Positions 25,301-37,279 of a stretch of DNA of 64,000 nucleotides are shown in pieces. Position 1 is the stretch's first letter, and every line of letters begins with the position of its first letter. Location of the stretch: the NCBI GenBank assembly GCA_043228905.1, contig JBHGNT010000004.1, positions 18,848,001 through 18,912,000 of the forward strand, given 5' to 3'. The DNA is from Azolla caroliniana (taxonomy: Eukaryota; Plantae; Polypodiophyta). Made by a program: the position numbers and the translations under genes. The notes beneath the pieces were generated by a model that was given only the letters and a program-made list of their open reading frames with translations, was not told the DNA's origin and ran no database searches.

Positions 25301-27478
25301 TTTGGAAAAGAAGCACGATGCATTTTTCCAAGAATGCAACCTTCACATGCATGTTTTTCAATGGACTCAAGTGTAGGCAACCCAATAACCATATCCTTCT
25401 TTTGCAAGTGAAGCAAACTATTGAAGTTCAAGTGACCAAAACGAGCATGCCAAAGCTCCATTTCAGCCATGGAAGAAGTATGTACAGCCAAGGCATTTAG
25501 AGAAGCCCTCTTGTATGTATCTAAACGGTACAAGCCATTGCATAATGTACCGGACATCACGATAACATCACCATTGCTATAATCGTGAACCATGCACTTA
25601 TCATCAACAAAATGTACATGAAGTCCGGCTTTGGCAATCAAAGGAACCGAAATTAAGTTCTTCTTGATACCGGGCACATACAATACATTCTTTAAGATGA
25701 CAACACCTCCATTTGCAGCCGAAAGCTCAATTTCTCCTACTCCAATGATAGGATAAGAGGCATTGTTTGCACACACCACATGTCCACCTTTGGGTGCATC
25801 TTTCAAGGATGCAAAAAAACTTTTGCATGAAGTAATGTGCTTTGAAGCACCACTATCAAAGAACCAATCCGAATCAATCTCACTTACAACCATACATTTA
25901 GAGTGCAATGATGCATCATAATGATATGTAACAACACATGCCCAATAATCTTGAGCCATGTTGGCCTCATCACTCTTTGCACTTGAAACATTTTCAGAAA
26001 TGGTCATGCCGGATTCCTTCTTCTTCTCATTGCGCTTAACAAGCTTTCTACATTCTTCAATCGTATGGCCAACCTTTCGACAATATTTGCATCTTTTCTT
26101 CTTTTGCAAATCACCATCATTAGAGGAATAAGTGAAAGAGGGAGGTTGAGGCTTTGGTTTTGAAGAACCAAAAGCTGAACCATGCTTGCCTTTTCCTTTT
26201 TGTGAGATAGCAAGTGCTTGTGTTCCCTCTATCAAACCACTTCTATTCACTCTAGATTGTTCTTCTTGCAAAAGAAGAGACACAACCTCATCAAATGCGT
26301 ACATATCCGTATTCCCTTTCGCAACCAAACGAATAGTAGTAGCAAAGCTTTGAAAAGATTCGGGTAATCCTTTCAACAACGTAGAGACAAGTGATGTATT
26401 CGAAATGATCTCATCAATGTTTGCCAATTGCTCTTTCAAATCTTTAATGCGTGTCACATACACATCTACCGACTCATTTTCAGCCATATATACATCCTCA
26501 AGTTGCTTTCTCAAATATGCAACACGTGCTTCGTTACGCACGGCATACAACGAAGCAAGAGTGTCCCATGCTTGTTTGGACGTAGAGCATGACCGAATAT
26601 GTGGAACTATATGACGCTTCACAGAAAGTGCAATCAATGCATGAGCTTGAGCATCTTTTCCATCCCATCTAAGTTGCTCTTGTGTTGGTGGAGTAGATGA
26701 AGTCACTGTGCTCGAAGATGAACCTGTATCTGTGATAGTAGACTGTGAAGTAGTAGGACCGGCGGGGCGTCGATCTACATCTACCACTATGTTCCATAGT
26801 TGTTTGGCAACAAGAACGTGTTTCATCATGTAGGACCACATTGGATAGTTTGTCCCATCAAGCTTATCTTCAGCTTGAAGCATGCCAAACAAATCACCAT
26901 TGTTTGCCATTTTACCAAAGAACAAGAAAGTGGTAAAATATTACCTCAACAAATCGGAAATGAGTGCTGAAAATGCAGCTCACAAACTATCACTCGGATG
27001 ACGATTTCGACTACACGAACGGCTTCGAAATGGGGGTAAAACAGCAGGGTACCTGCTGAAAATGCGCTCCAAGTGCTGAAATACACTTCTCTATATTCGG
27101 AAGTTGATTTGCACAATGAAAAGTGCGCGCGTGCCGCGACACCGCGATGCGGACAACCGAAGATGGAGAGGATGAAGAACTTGGCTCTGATACCACTGTT
27201 GGGTATGTGAGGAAGAGTGGGAAACACACAAGAAGCTCAAAGAAAGAAGCACTCACACAAGGAAGGCAATGGCTGGAATAGCTCTCTATTGATGAATGTT
27301 CCTAAAAAAATAGAAGCTGAAATATATATCCCTAAGTACTAAGTACCACCACTTATGAGTGACTCATGTATGTGGTAACATGGGGAAAAAACCTCTAGCC
27401 AGCACTAGAGTAAAAAGTGCCCATGTATAGGGAAAATGGTTCACATCAAAGCTACTAGAGGAACACGCAAGTGTAACA
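22311..27478 (-). mobile_element. Ty1/Copia LTR retrotransposon B, very young, nested in Copia A
   Basis: 282-bp LTRs at 22311-22592 and 27197-27478 appear identical; TSD TTCGG (22306-22310 and 27479-27483); PBS iMet at 27195-27184; PPT at about 22593-22600. Confidence 0.98.
22639..26910 (-). CDS. Copia B gag-pol polyprotein, one frame with a single in-frame TAG at 24477-24475
   Basis: ORFs 26925-24475 and 24402-22639 are in the same frame with no other stop between them. Motifs: CKYCRKVGH, WFFDSGAS, VHSDVCGP, LYVDD, TDSDWAG, ADIFTKAL. Confidence 0.93.
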
Positions 27479-27483
27479 TTCGG

Positions 27484-29051
27484 CTACAACGATTACATGG
27501 CATATCACTATGCCTTTATGATGAAGGTGGCGACAGTACGTGAGCCAGAAACATTTTCCGAAGCAGCCAAGGATCTGCGATGGATCGAAGCCATGAATGA
27601 GGAGATGCAGGCACTACGCAAGAACGAGACATGGGATCTCGTTCCCACCTCACCGCACAAAAAGGCGATCGGATGCAGATGGATTTACAAAGTGAAGTAC
27701 AACGTTGACGGTTCTGTCAACCGTTACAAAGCGCGACTCATAGCGAAAGGCTATGCCCAAACGCACGGAGTTGACTACGAGGAGACCTTTGCCCCGGTGG
27801 CAAAGATGACGACGGTACGGACCGTAATTGCGCTTGCCACGGCGAAAGGGTGGCACCTCCATCAAATGGACGTCAAGAATGCCTTTCTACAAGGTGAATT
27901 AGAAGAGGAGGTGTACATGATACAACCACCCGGCTTCAACTTGAGCACCCATCCAAAAGTTGTATGCCGACTCAAGAAACCATTCTACGGCCTCAAGCAA
28001 ACACCGCGTGCTTGGCATTCGAAGATAACGCAATATCTTCATCAAACCGGCTTCCGTATGTCAAAATCAGATAACTCCCTCTACATACGAAGGGATTCCG
28101 CAAGTCCGATCATCATCATCTTATATGTGGATGACCTAGTCATTGGAGGTGAGCATCTCGCCGAAATCAATAAAGTCAAATCCCTCCTTTCCGACAAGTT
28201 CGAGATGACGGACACGAAGGAGCTCCACTACTTCCTCAGCATCGAGGTACTTTGGTCTCTGATCGGAATCATGATCTCTCAACGTCACTACATCCTCAAC
28301 TTGTTATGCAAGTTCGGTATGGCTGAGTGCAAATCCGCGACAACCCCACTCGATCGCAATCTCAAACTAGATGCGAACTCTGGCACCAAAGCGTGTGAAC
28401 TGACTCAGTATCGGCTACTCATCGGGAGTCTCATCTACCTCACGATCACTCGACCCGATCTCAGTTATCCGGTCGGTCTCCTTAGTCAATTCATGCAAAC
28501 ACCGCGTGATACTCACTTGGATTGCGCTTAGCGAGTTCTACGATACGTGAGCGGCACAATGGATTGCGGCATCCTCTACAAGACCGCGATGCCAATACGA
28601 CTCGAGGGGTACACAAACGCCGATTGGGCTATCTACAAAGCCGATAGAAGATCAACCTCCGAATTTGTTTTTTCCCTCAACAGCGGAGCAATATCTTGGA
28701 CCAGCAAAAAGCAACCAATCATCGCTCTTTCGAGCACAGAGAAGGAATACATGAGCGTGGCAGTGGCCGCATGTGAAGCCATATGGCTCAAAAGGATACT
28801 CAAGGATCTGGGCGTACCCATCAAGGATCTGACTTCCCTTTATTGCGACAACATGAGCAGTATCTATCTAGCTCAGAACCCGGTGTTCCACGCGCAGACA
28901 AAACACATCGAAGTGCACTATCACTTCATCCGAGAGCGCGTTCTAGCTGGCGATGTTGACCTACAACACATTAGCACAAATCTTCAAACGACCGACATCT
29001 TCACTAAATAGGAGTCGATAAGCCATGGCAATTCATGACCGATCTCGGATT
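27484..29051 (+). pseudogene. Copia A RT-RNaseH (contains stops)
   Basis: ORFs 27497-28531 and 28547-29011: YKARLIAKGY, QMDVKNAFL, LYVDD, TKHIEVHYHF. Confidence 0.93.
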
Positions 29052-29411
29052 AACGATCCCTGACCTGCCAAGCTTGAGGGGGAGTACTGAAGAAACTACA
29101 CAATAACGTGTGGATTCCGCAACCGCGCACCGAAGCCGCGAAGAAGACACTATGCAATAACGTGTGGATTCCGCAACCACGCAACGAAGCCGCGAAGAGC
29201 CGATCTACCGTGCAAAGCCGCGAAGAAAGATGCAAGCCGAAGCACAGACTTCGCAACTACGCACAACGCAAGCTGGAGCACGGATTCCGCAACTCCGCAT
29301 AATTGCGAGTCAACGTGGACTCCAGAACGCGAGTCGAAGCGGATTTCGGATACCGTCTGAAACTGACCCGACTTGAGCTTGAGGGGGCGTGTTCTTGAGC
29401 TTGAGGGGGCG

Positions 29412-29808
29412 TGTTGAGAATCAAGCTTAACTTGGTCTAGTGTGTGAACTCACCTTGAGAGTGAATAGACACTCCAACGGTCAAGAGTCACCATTATGTC
29501 ACCTCTTTGTATTCTAGCATTTAGTATGAGTCATAGAATCATATTCTATGACACATAACTTATGAGCTTTCACATTCCCCATGCTCCATGAGTCTTGTAG
29601 TTAATGAAGAGAGAGGGTGACTATATAAAGCACCCTCCTCCCACCTTGTATGATGTTGAGTCTTTCTCCTTTGTTAATATACTTTACCTTGCGTATTCTC
29701 TGTGTCTTACTCCTGGTCTCTCTCTCTCTCTCTCACTCACTCTCTCTCTCTCATACACACAGTTCACATCTATTCCGCTGCTCAGAATCCATCTCTTGAT
29801 TCTTTACA
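29412..29808 (+). repeat. 3' LTR of Copia A
   Basis: TGTTGAGAATC...TCTTTACA followed by TSD AGTAC. Confidence 0.96.
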
Positions 29809-29869
29809 AGTACAAAGAACGGTGAACACCTACAAGAATGTTCTTTCTATCACCTTTAATCATTGGTTT

Positions 29870-30650
29870 AAACATTGACCTATAATGAAAACATTACAGG
29901 AGACTACCTTTCGAAATGGAAGCATATCCAACAGTTCATGTACTTTTTGTAAGACACCACACGTATCATATAAATCAAGCAATGCATTGTTAACAACTTG
30001 GTTTCTCTTCAACCTGCCCATCTCCTCAATCTTTACCTACATTTCTCTACCCTTTTCTAATGCTCTAATGCAAGATTCAACCTAGTTTTGAATTGGAAAC
30101 ATATCCTGTAATAAAAACATTGCAGTAGACTATCTTTCGAATGGGAAGCATAACAAACAATTCATGTATGTGACTTCATCTCCATAATTTCGTTGAAGTT
30201 GCATCTTCTTAACTTGATCAACACATCCTCACCTTGCTCCTCTTTTTGCTTTTTCAAGTGATATTCATCTGAGATGATCCCTTGACATTGCATATGTTGT
30301 AAACCTTCGAACTATCATGAAGACCTGTCGTGCTAGTAATGCCTTCCATGGCACGACATCATGAAACGAGACCTTATGGACTAAATCTCTGACTTGATCT
30401 ATCCCAACAACTTTTGAATACATATCCATTAAATAAAAAACAATACTCTCCACTGCCCTATTTCCACAAATATGTGCATGTATTTGTTGGCCATTTTCAC
30501 AACTTTCAGTTTATCACAAGCTTTTGGAAGCACAAAGACAACATACTCTATAGGTGTTGCATATGTACAAGTCAAACTTTCCCTGCTGCCCTAGGGCAGT
30601 TTCCTTCAATCACCTTCCGTTGAAGTTCTGAATCGCAGTCTTCTGGATAT
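29870..30650 (-). pseudogene. PLS-class PPR pseudogene fragment
   Basis: LMDMYSKV..DVVPWKALL; VVNNALLDLYDTCGVLQKVHELLDMLPFRKVVSCN; broken frames. Confidence 0.75.
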
Positions 30651-30906
30651 AATAATTCGGAATGCTCTGCCTTTGTTCATATTCGACCATGCTTTCCACA
30701 TCTCTTCGACCGAGCCCAATCCTTGCACGAATTTCTCTCACAACCACAATGTGCACTCTCGATTGCAACATTCATGGGTAAAGTTCTTGAACATTGAGAG
30801 TCACTATTCACTTTCACACGTATCGCGTGAAATGTAATAGATAATATTTTTTGTTTCATAGATCATACTTAACCTCCGAAGAAGATAATATGGCCTATCT
30901 ATCTCT

Positions 30907-31357
30907 TGTAGTTAGGTTACCTTAGTGGTAAGTTGTTTACATTACTAACACTCCATCTTGGGTTCGAAACCCAAATTTCTCACCTCTTTATAACTTCATA
31001 GATATCACTTATTTCACCAGATGCCACCATGGAATGTAGGCATACCCATGACCACCTGGTCTCCATTGGGCAACCTTACCAAGGGAGCTACATCCATCCA
31101 TCTATCTCTCTTATTGTAATTAGTTTACCCTAGTGGAGCTACATCCATCCATCTATCTCTCTTATTGTAATTAGTTTACCCTAGTGGTAAGTTGTTACAC
31201 TATTAGTCTTGGCTTCGACTAAACCCAATTTCTCACCTCTCTATTACTCCATATATATCTCTCAATTTTACTAGATGCCACTATGGAATGTAGGGATTGA
31301 ACCCATGACCTCCTGGTCTCCATTGGGCAACCTTACCAACTGAACTACATCCATCCG

Positions 31358-31413
<56 letters not shown>

Positions 31414-32111
31414 TTTAGAATACGTTAGAATTCAAACATGTTACCAAAAGGACTGACTATTTCAACCTACTTTTTTCGGTCCGAATCACAAACGACAAAA
31501 TTTTTCGTTATCTATTCTGTTTAATCAAGCTCTTCTTCGGCGCACGTAGGGTAGAATCCATCGGACCGAATTAGGTAACTTTCTATTAGGTAACTTTCCA
31601 TAAAATCGGAGGCTATTTGGAATACCCAGTAGGTTCGGTGGAATACTGGAGAGTTCTTCCCGTCGGGTGTTATTCCTATGTCTAAGTAAGTTCGGGTAGT
31701 TTCAATAGAATCCTTTTTTTTTGTGAAAACAGATCAGGAACCTTACCAATTGAGCTACATCCATCTAGGCAAACTCTCTCTCTCTCTCTCTCTCCCTTTT
31801 AGTGTAATTAGCTTACCCTACCTAGATTTACTCACCTCTCTATTATATAAATCTCTTAATTCACTGGATGCCACTGTGGAATGTAGGGGTTGAACCCATG
31901 ACCTCATGGACTCCATTGGACAACCATATCAACTAAGCTACATCCATTTGGGCTCTTTTTTATTATTATTGTAATTACCTTACCCTAGTGGTAAGTTGTT
32001 AGCAAACAAGCACTGCGTTGTGGGTTCGAAACCCAACTTTCTTCCTCACCTCTCTATTATGTACTTCTTATATATCTCTTAATTAACTAGATGCCACTGT
32101 GGAATATAGGG
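30907..32111 (-). mobile_element. Cluster of tRNA-derived SINE-like copies (30907-31099, 31166-31356, 31739-31771, 31804-31947, 31970-32111)
   Basis: Minus-strand head GGATGGATGTAGTTCAGTTGGTAAGG...GGGTTCAATCCC (A box 31347-31336, B box 31303-31293), A-rich tail, adjacent (CT)n. Confidence 0.85.
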
Positions 32112-32134
32112 AGCTCTCTCTCTCTCTCTCTTTC

Positions 32135-32424
32135 TAAAGCACACAATTATATCAATTGTATTAAAATCCACTCAATTACAACACTTCTTAGTCTCCTCTA
32201 CCTATCATATGCCTATGTAGGGAGAGGGACGTCCTGTAATGCCATTAAAAAACTTGAATATGCATTTGAGGAAATGATCCCCACATGCTGTAATGCGCAA
32301 AAATTCCACATGAGAATACCTTTCAGCTTCTTTATATAGGCTTTCACCCTATGTCTATTATCAAACATGAAAGCATTATGCATATCCCAATTGTGTTGTA
32401 GTCCCCAATAACGTAAAAATTGGA

Positions 32425-32428
<4 letters not shown>
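32135..32428 (-). mobile_element. 5'-truncated LINE 3' end (copy 3), flanked by (CT)n
   Basis: RYWGLQHNWDMHNAFMFDNRHRVKAYIKKLKGILMWNF. Confidence 0.65.
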
Positions 32429-32456
<28 letters not shown>

Positions 32457-33601
32457 CTTGCACAAACACAATAGTCCTTGTGATGTGCATGTTCTCTCTT
32501 GAGAGATGAGGCTTCAAATTTATTCTCGAGAATATAGTAGTTTATTGAAGAATAATTTCTTTGCAATTTGTATACCTAAATTATAGAAGTTGTAGTTTGC
32601 AAAACAACAATTCCCAACCTCAATTGTTTCGGTGGTTTACACTAAATCATCAATTTCATCAAATTTAGGGAACCCAAGTTTGATTGGCATCGATGGGCTA
32701 AGATTAATTATTCTTTACACTTTTAGAGAAAGTTCCAAATTATATTTATAGATTAAGACTAATGATTCCTTGTGCCTTTAGAAAAAGTTCCAAATTATAT
32801 CCACAAACTAGAAAAGAATGTGGATAAAGAACAACTTTTCATTGAGTCTATTTAAGATTCAAATCATATCTAGAAACTGGAAAGGAATGTGGATAAAGAA
32901 CAACCTATCATCGAATCCATTTAAGGTATGTGGTTACCACATTCACAAAGGTGTCAAGCTTCTTTTTCGTGCATGCAATAGTAAAGAGAACAATTACGAA
33001 CAACTACAAGAAATACAACAAAAGATCGATTGGAAGTAGAAGCTCTACATATGAATACTTGCGAGGTATTTCTAGTGTCGTTCGGTAGACAATTGAATCG
33101 AATGGATGTCTATTTATTGAGATATCAATCTCGACTAGATTTAGTTATTTAGTCAACACACGTAACTTAGTAGTTACCTAGATAGAATCTAGTTAGTGTG
33201 TTGACCTTAAATCCTTAAATAAGATTTTGTACTTGAGTGGGGTACGTTGTAGATCCTCCACTCCCATGTACATTTAATATAGGACTTACACCTTTGTACC
33301 TATATTCTACTCACACATGTGCACCTTTGCACATGAGATATATATATACCTCATTGTGGGTATTTTTGTATTTGATGATGCTTTTTAATATACACTCTCG
33401 TTAATCACCCCCCATTTAGATTATTGTTTATAAGTGTATCTTCCTCTCTCTCTTCCTCTCGCACACATGTGACATACTCACACATATCAATTAATCATTC
33501 GTTGCTTAACTACTCACAAAATTAGTCACTAATTAACCCTAGTTAATTACCTAATTATTAACACTATCAAACAATATTCTTGGATGCTTACAAGAGGTGA
33601 G

Positions 33602-34117
33602 TGTCATGGACACACCAACCCTAGACTATGACAAAGCACAAATGACGAGGCTACGATCAATAAGGTTACGAACGTGGAACTCGACGTGATAAGGCTAGAA
33701 ACTCAGGAAGTTGGGAACGACGAGATGAGTAACTTAAGACGCTAGGAACAATACAAGAGCAGAAAGACATAGATGTAAATCAAGGAGAGAAGATGGGGCT
33801 AAACAAGAATACTGGATTGATGTGTCAATGATTGGCATTGAATCCCTTGAAAGGGATCAAGGAAGTTACAAGTATTTATACATGTTTGTGGGCTCTACAT
33901 GTAGTTCCATGCATCTACCCATTTTCATGCTGAAGTTTCTGGAGCTTCTTGGAAGCTTCTAAAACCTCCTAGAACTTGGAATAGATAATCTAATAATCTA
34001 ATAAGATATAAAAAACATGACCATGTATTTGGATGTGTTAGTTAGAACATAACACTTGATTATATACAAGAGGTGAAGAGTTCGAATCTTGACATGATTA
34101 TTGTCATCTCAATGACA
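33602..34117 (-). mobile_element. Solo LTR (516 bp)
   Basis: TGTCAT...ATGACA termini; TSD GTGAG/ATGAG (1 mismatch); TATAAATA on the minus strand; CTAGAA-like repeats as in the Gypsy B LTR. Confidence 0.75.
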
Positions 34118-34318
34118 ATGAGACATGGATTGGAAGCTGAGGGGGTCCTTTTTTTACATATGGCTAGCAAATGTGGCTCCATCGCGATGACAGATGGACT
34201 GATCGATTAGCAGGTGTTGGTGTGAGTCCACCTAGCTATCCTACCCTGCCATGTTTTGCCCTGACTAGGATGGCTTGTCCCTGTGACTGAACCCACAAAA
34301 TAGAGCGAGGTCAGGAAG

Positions 34319-34789
34319 TGTTATGTACACATAACGTAGGTGAGGGTAGGTCACTAATATGTACATAAGTCACGGGTATGTTCACTAATGTTAGAAAGGG
34401 ACTAATGTGATTGGATAGAAGGAATGATATGTGCATGCACTATCATGATTTGGACAACCAATGAATGGAGAGCCTATTAGAAAGGCACATCTATTCAAGG
34501 GGCCTAGGAAGAGGTATAAATATGAGGCTTAACTACCCTCATAAGGGCATCACGTCATAAGGTTGTTGTCTTAGACACAAGTGGTGCAGGCTAGGCTTTC
34601 GTCTCGACGATCGTGTTATCTCTTCCAAAGTATTAGTCATGATATCCGATGGTATGGGACGTTTGTGGTAGGTTGGCTATGTCTTGATCATAGCTCGGGG
34701 GTGGTCGGGTGGAACGGGTTCTTCTATCCAATCTATTTTCCTTCTTTTTACTTTATTTTGGTCTATTGATTAGAAATAGACTCTTAACA
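34319..34789 (+). mobile_element. LTR related to the Gypsy A LTR
   Basis: TGTTA...TAACA termini; shares TATAAATA.GAGGC..CTACCCTCAT, GGTATGGGACGT and GGGGGTG.TCGGGTGGA with 44973-45432. Confidence 0.75.
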
Positions 34790-35091
34790 TGAGGTGTTGG
34801 TGTGAGTCCACCTGGCTATCTTGCCCTGCCATGTTCTGCCCTGCCATGTTCTACCCTACCGTGCCCTCACCAGGATGTCTGATCCCTATGAATGATAGTC
34901 AAGAGGGGTTTTATATTGAGATGTGGGGTGGAGTCAAGAAGGTCGGAAGAAGCCGCACATACGCAAAACAGAAGAAGAAGGTAGACCGTTGATGTGAGAG
35001 AGAGACGATCTGAGCCACACGCAGGCTAGCTAAAGCTTAGGAGACGGTAGTTAGAGTGGATTCACACGGAACAACAACACCCACACAACAT

Positions 35092-35095
<4 letters not shown>

Positions 35096-35146
<51 letters not shown>
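35096..35146. repeat. (GA)n microsatellite upstream of SAS-6
   Basis: Perfect dinucleotide run. Confidence 0.97.
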
Positions 35147-35147
<1 letters not shown>

Positions 35148-36319
35148 GTTTAACCCTGTTGGACGCTTTCACACTGGTCGTTGGCCGTTGGCAATCATCT
35201 CTCTCTCTCTCTCTCTAGCAAGAACTCTGTCTCTGTCCATTGGAAACAGAAAACACAGGAAGAAAGAATGCAGGTGCTCCTCCTCCTCCTCCTCATCTCT
35301 CTCTATTTGTTCTGTTGCATGATGTATGGAAAGCTAGCACATTATCATGCTGTGTTAATTCAATATGGTCTATTTGAAGACTAGTCATTGACCTTGTTTT
35401 GTATCGACTAATGTCTTGTCTCGGAAACTAGTCATCTACCATGTTTTTTGATCGAGTGAATATGCTGTATTGAAAACTAGTCATTTTACCATGTTTTTTG
35501 ATCGATTCAATTTTTGTAGTGAAAACGAATCATCTTCCATGTATTGTATGGACTCAATATGTTCTTTTGAGAACTAGTCATTTACCGTATGGATTCAATA
35601 TGTTTTATTGCAATGGAGTTCATATTTCAATCAATAATCCATTCAATACTTTGTTATTGGGAAGTTCAACCATTATAATATGGTGCATTACTGAAAGTTT
35701 TCCTTCAAAATTTGTACATTCGTTCAAAATGTTGTGAGTATTTTCTTTCATGCCTGTAATTCTACTGGATGTATAGATCCAAATATATTATCCTTTTGGT
35801 GTTTTGATTTGTGGTATTTGGATTGGAAATGATCTAAAAGGATTCTCACAGGAGAAGGCTTTGTGGACGACCACAATTACTTCCAAATTCCTACACCCTT
35901 GAGCCTTTGTGATGTTTCGCATCTTGAGAATTCAGATGAAGTAAGGAAGCAAGAAGGATGCTGGACAAAAACCACAACCAGATGCTCATTTAAAACAGAA
36001 AAACCAGTACAGTTTTGCAAAGCAGTGAAGAGGGAGGTTATGTTAATGTCCTTTTAGAGGTGGAAGTTGATGTACAGGAGAAAGTTCATTCAGTATCAAT
36101 CTCATTCCACTTCAGGATACCAAAACCGAGGAAAAGGAACGAAAGTGCTAAACCATGATTACAATATTATTAAATTTATGGGAAAAAAGACAAGCCATTG
36201 GCATTTTCTGTAGGAATGTGCTCTTCTCTTCAGCCTGATTGGGAAAACCTTTGCTCTTAACAAAGGCTTGTTTTAAGCTTATATATATTGAAAGGTATAT
36301 ACTTTAGTAAAGTCCTTGG

Positions 36320-36517
36320 ATGCAATGTTGTAGAAATGAACTTTTTAGTGAAGTGCTAGTCTATACGAAACACATGTACATTGGCAGCATCTGTCTAGGA
36401 AATGGCACATTAATCCATTACTTAAAAGCTTGTGGAAGCTTGGGAATCAAACAGATATGTGAAGAAGATCACGAGTTAATCAAAGAGGCATCTGAAGAAC
36501 ATCTGTCAATCCATTGA
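36320..36517 (+). pseudogene. Short PPR fragment upstream of the first SAS-6 coding exon
   Basis: TLIHYLKACGSLGIKQICEEDH resembles the PLS L-motif LKACGSLG..G..IH. Confidence 0.5.
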
Positions 36518-37279
36518 AGAGGATTTTGATCATCTAATGTAAACCCTTTTCTTTTGGTTCTGGAATAACTTTCACAATGACATGAACTTCATTTTGTTGA
36601 CGCCATTGTGAAATCCAGCACATTCTGATACATGCTATATTGAATACATTCTAAAAGAAAGAACATAAAAGGAGACCCATCTATGAACTTGTTAAGTGAG
36701 TCACATATTTTTTTGGACCAGATTTATTTCAATAAATAATGTTTCTTTCCCAAGTTTACAACCATTTGTTTTCTATTATATCATCAGCACTATTTTCGAT
36801 TGTTTTATCCCCTGTGTTGTAAAGAAGTGTGATTGAATCCAACCAGACTATATCAAGGAAATTCCTATTTTACAGTCAAATGATTGGAAAGACAGATTTA
36901 AGATCTCTTTTCAAAATACGAAAGTAACAATCCAATAGTGACCTCAATGCTGATTGTTAAAACTATGCAGATTGATATTCTCGTCTGGTTTAAGTTGCGT
37001 TTAGAATTTGCATATCTTCCCTTTCATTGATTAACAATGTCGAAACGAATGAGTATGTTAATTTCATGATACTTCTTCTATATCTATCATTTGCAGATTA
37101 CAAAGATGATGAATTAGGTTGTATGTGTCAATGAACTGCTGAAGATATGTCATGAAAACCAGAATGCTTTAGTTTCACCCGATGTGAGTCCTTAAAGGGA
37201 CTTCCATGGTGCACACAGTTGTTCTGAAGATTTACAAAGACGTGACTTCATTTTGTGCAAGCAATTTGGGAACCCTTTT

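Larger units (their letters stand above)
19047..29808 (+). mobile_element. Ty1/Copia LTR retrotransposon A (decayed; interrupted by Copia B)
   Basis: LTRs 19047-19433 and 29412-29808 (TG..CA); TSD AGTAC; PBS TGGTATCAGAGC at 19434-19445; PPT at 29403-29411. Gag starts at ATG 19587; PR WFVDSGAS, IN RSDGG..QQNGVAERKNR, RT LYVDD and RNaseH are present, with several stops. Confidence 0.97.

Noticed and set aside
31475-31570. Inverted repeat TTCGGTCCGA / TCGGACCGAA
   Set aside because: A single 10-bp pair with no TSD or second copy; origin not assignable.
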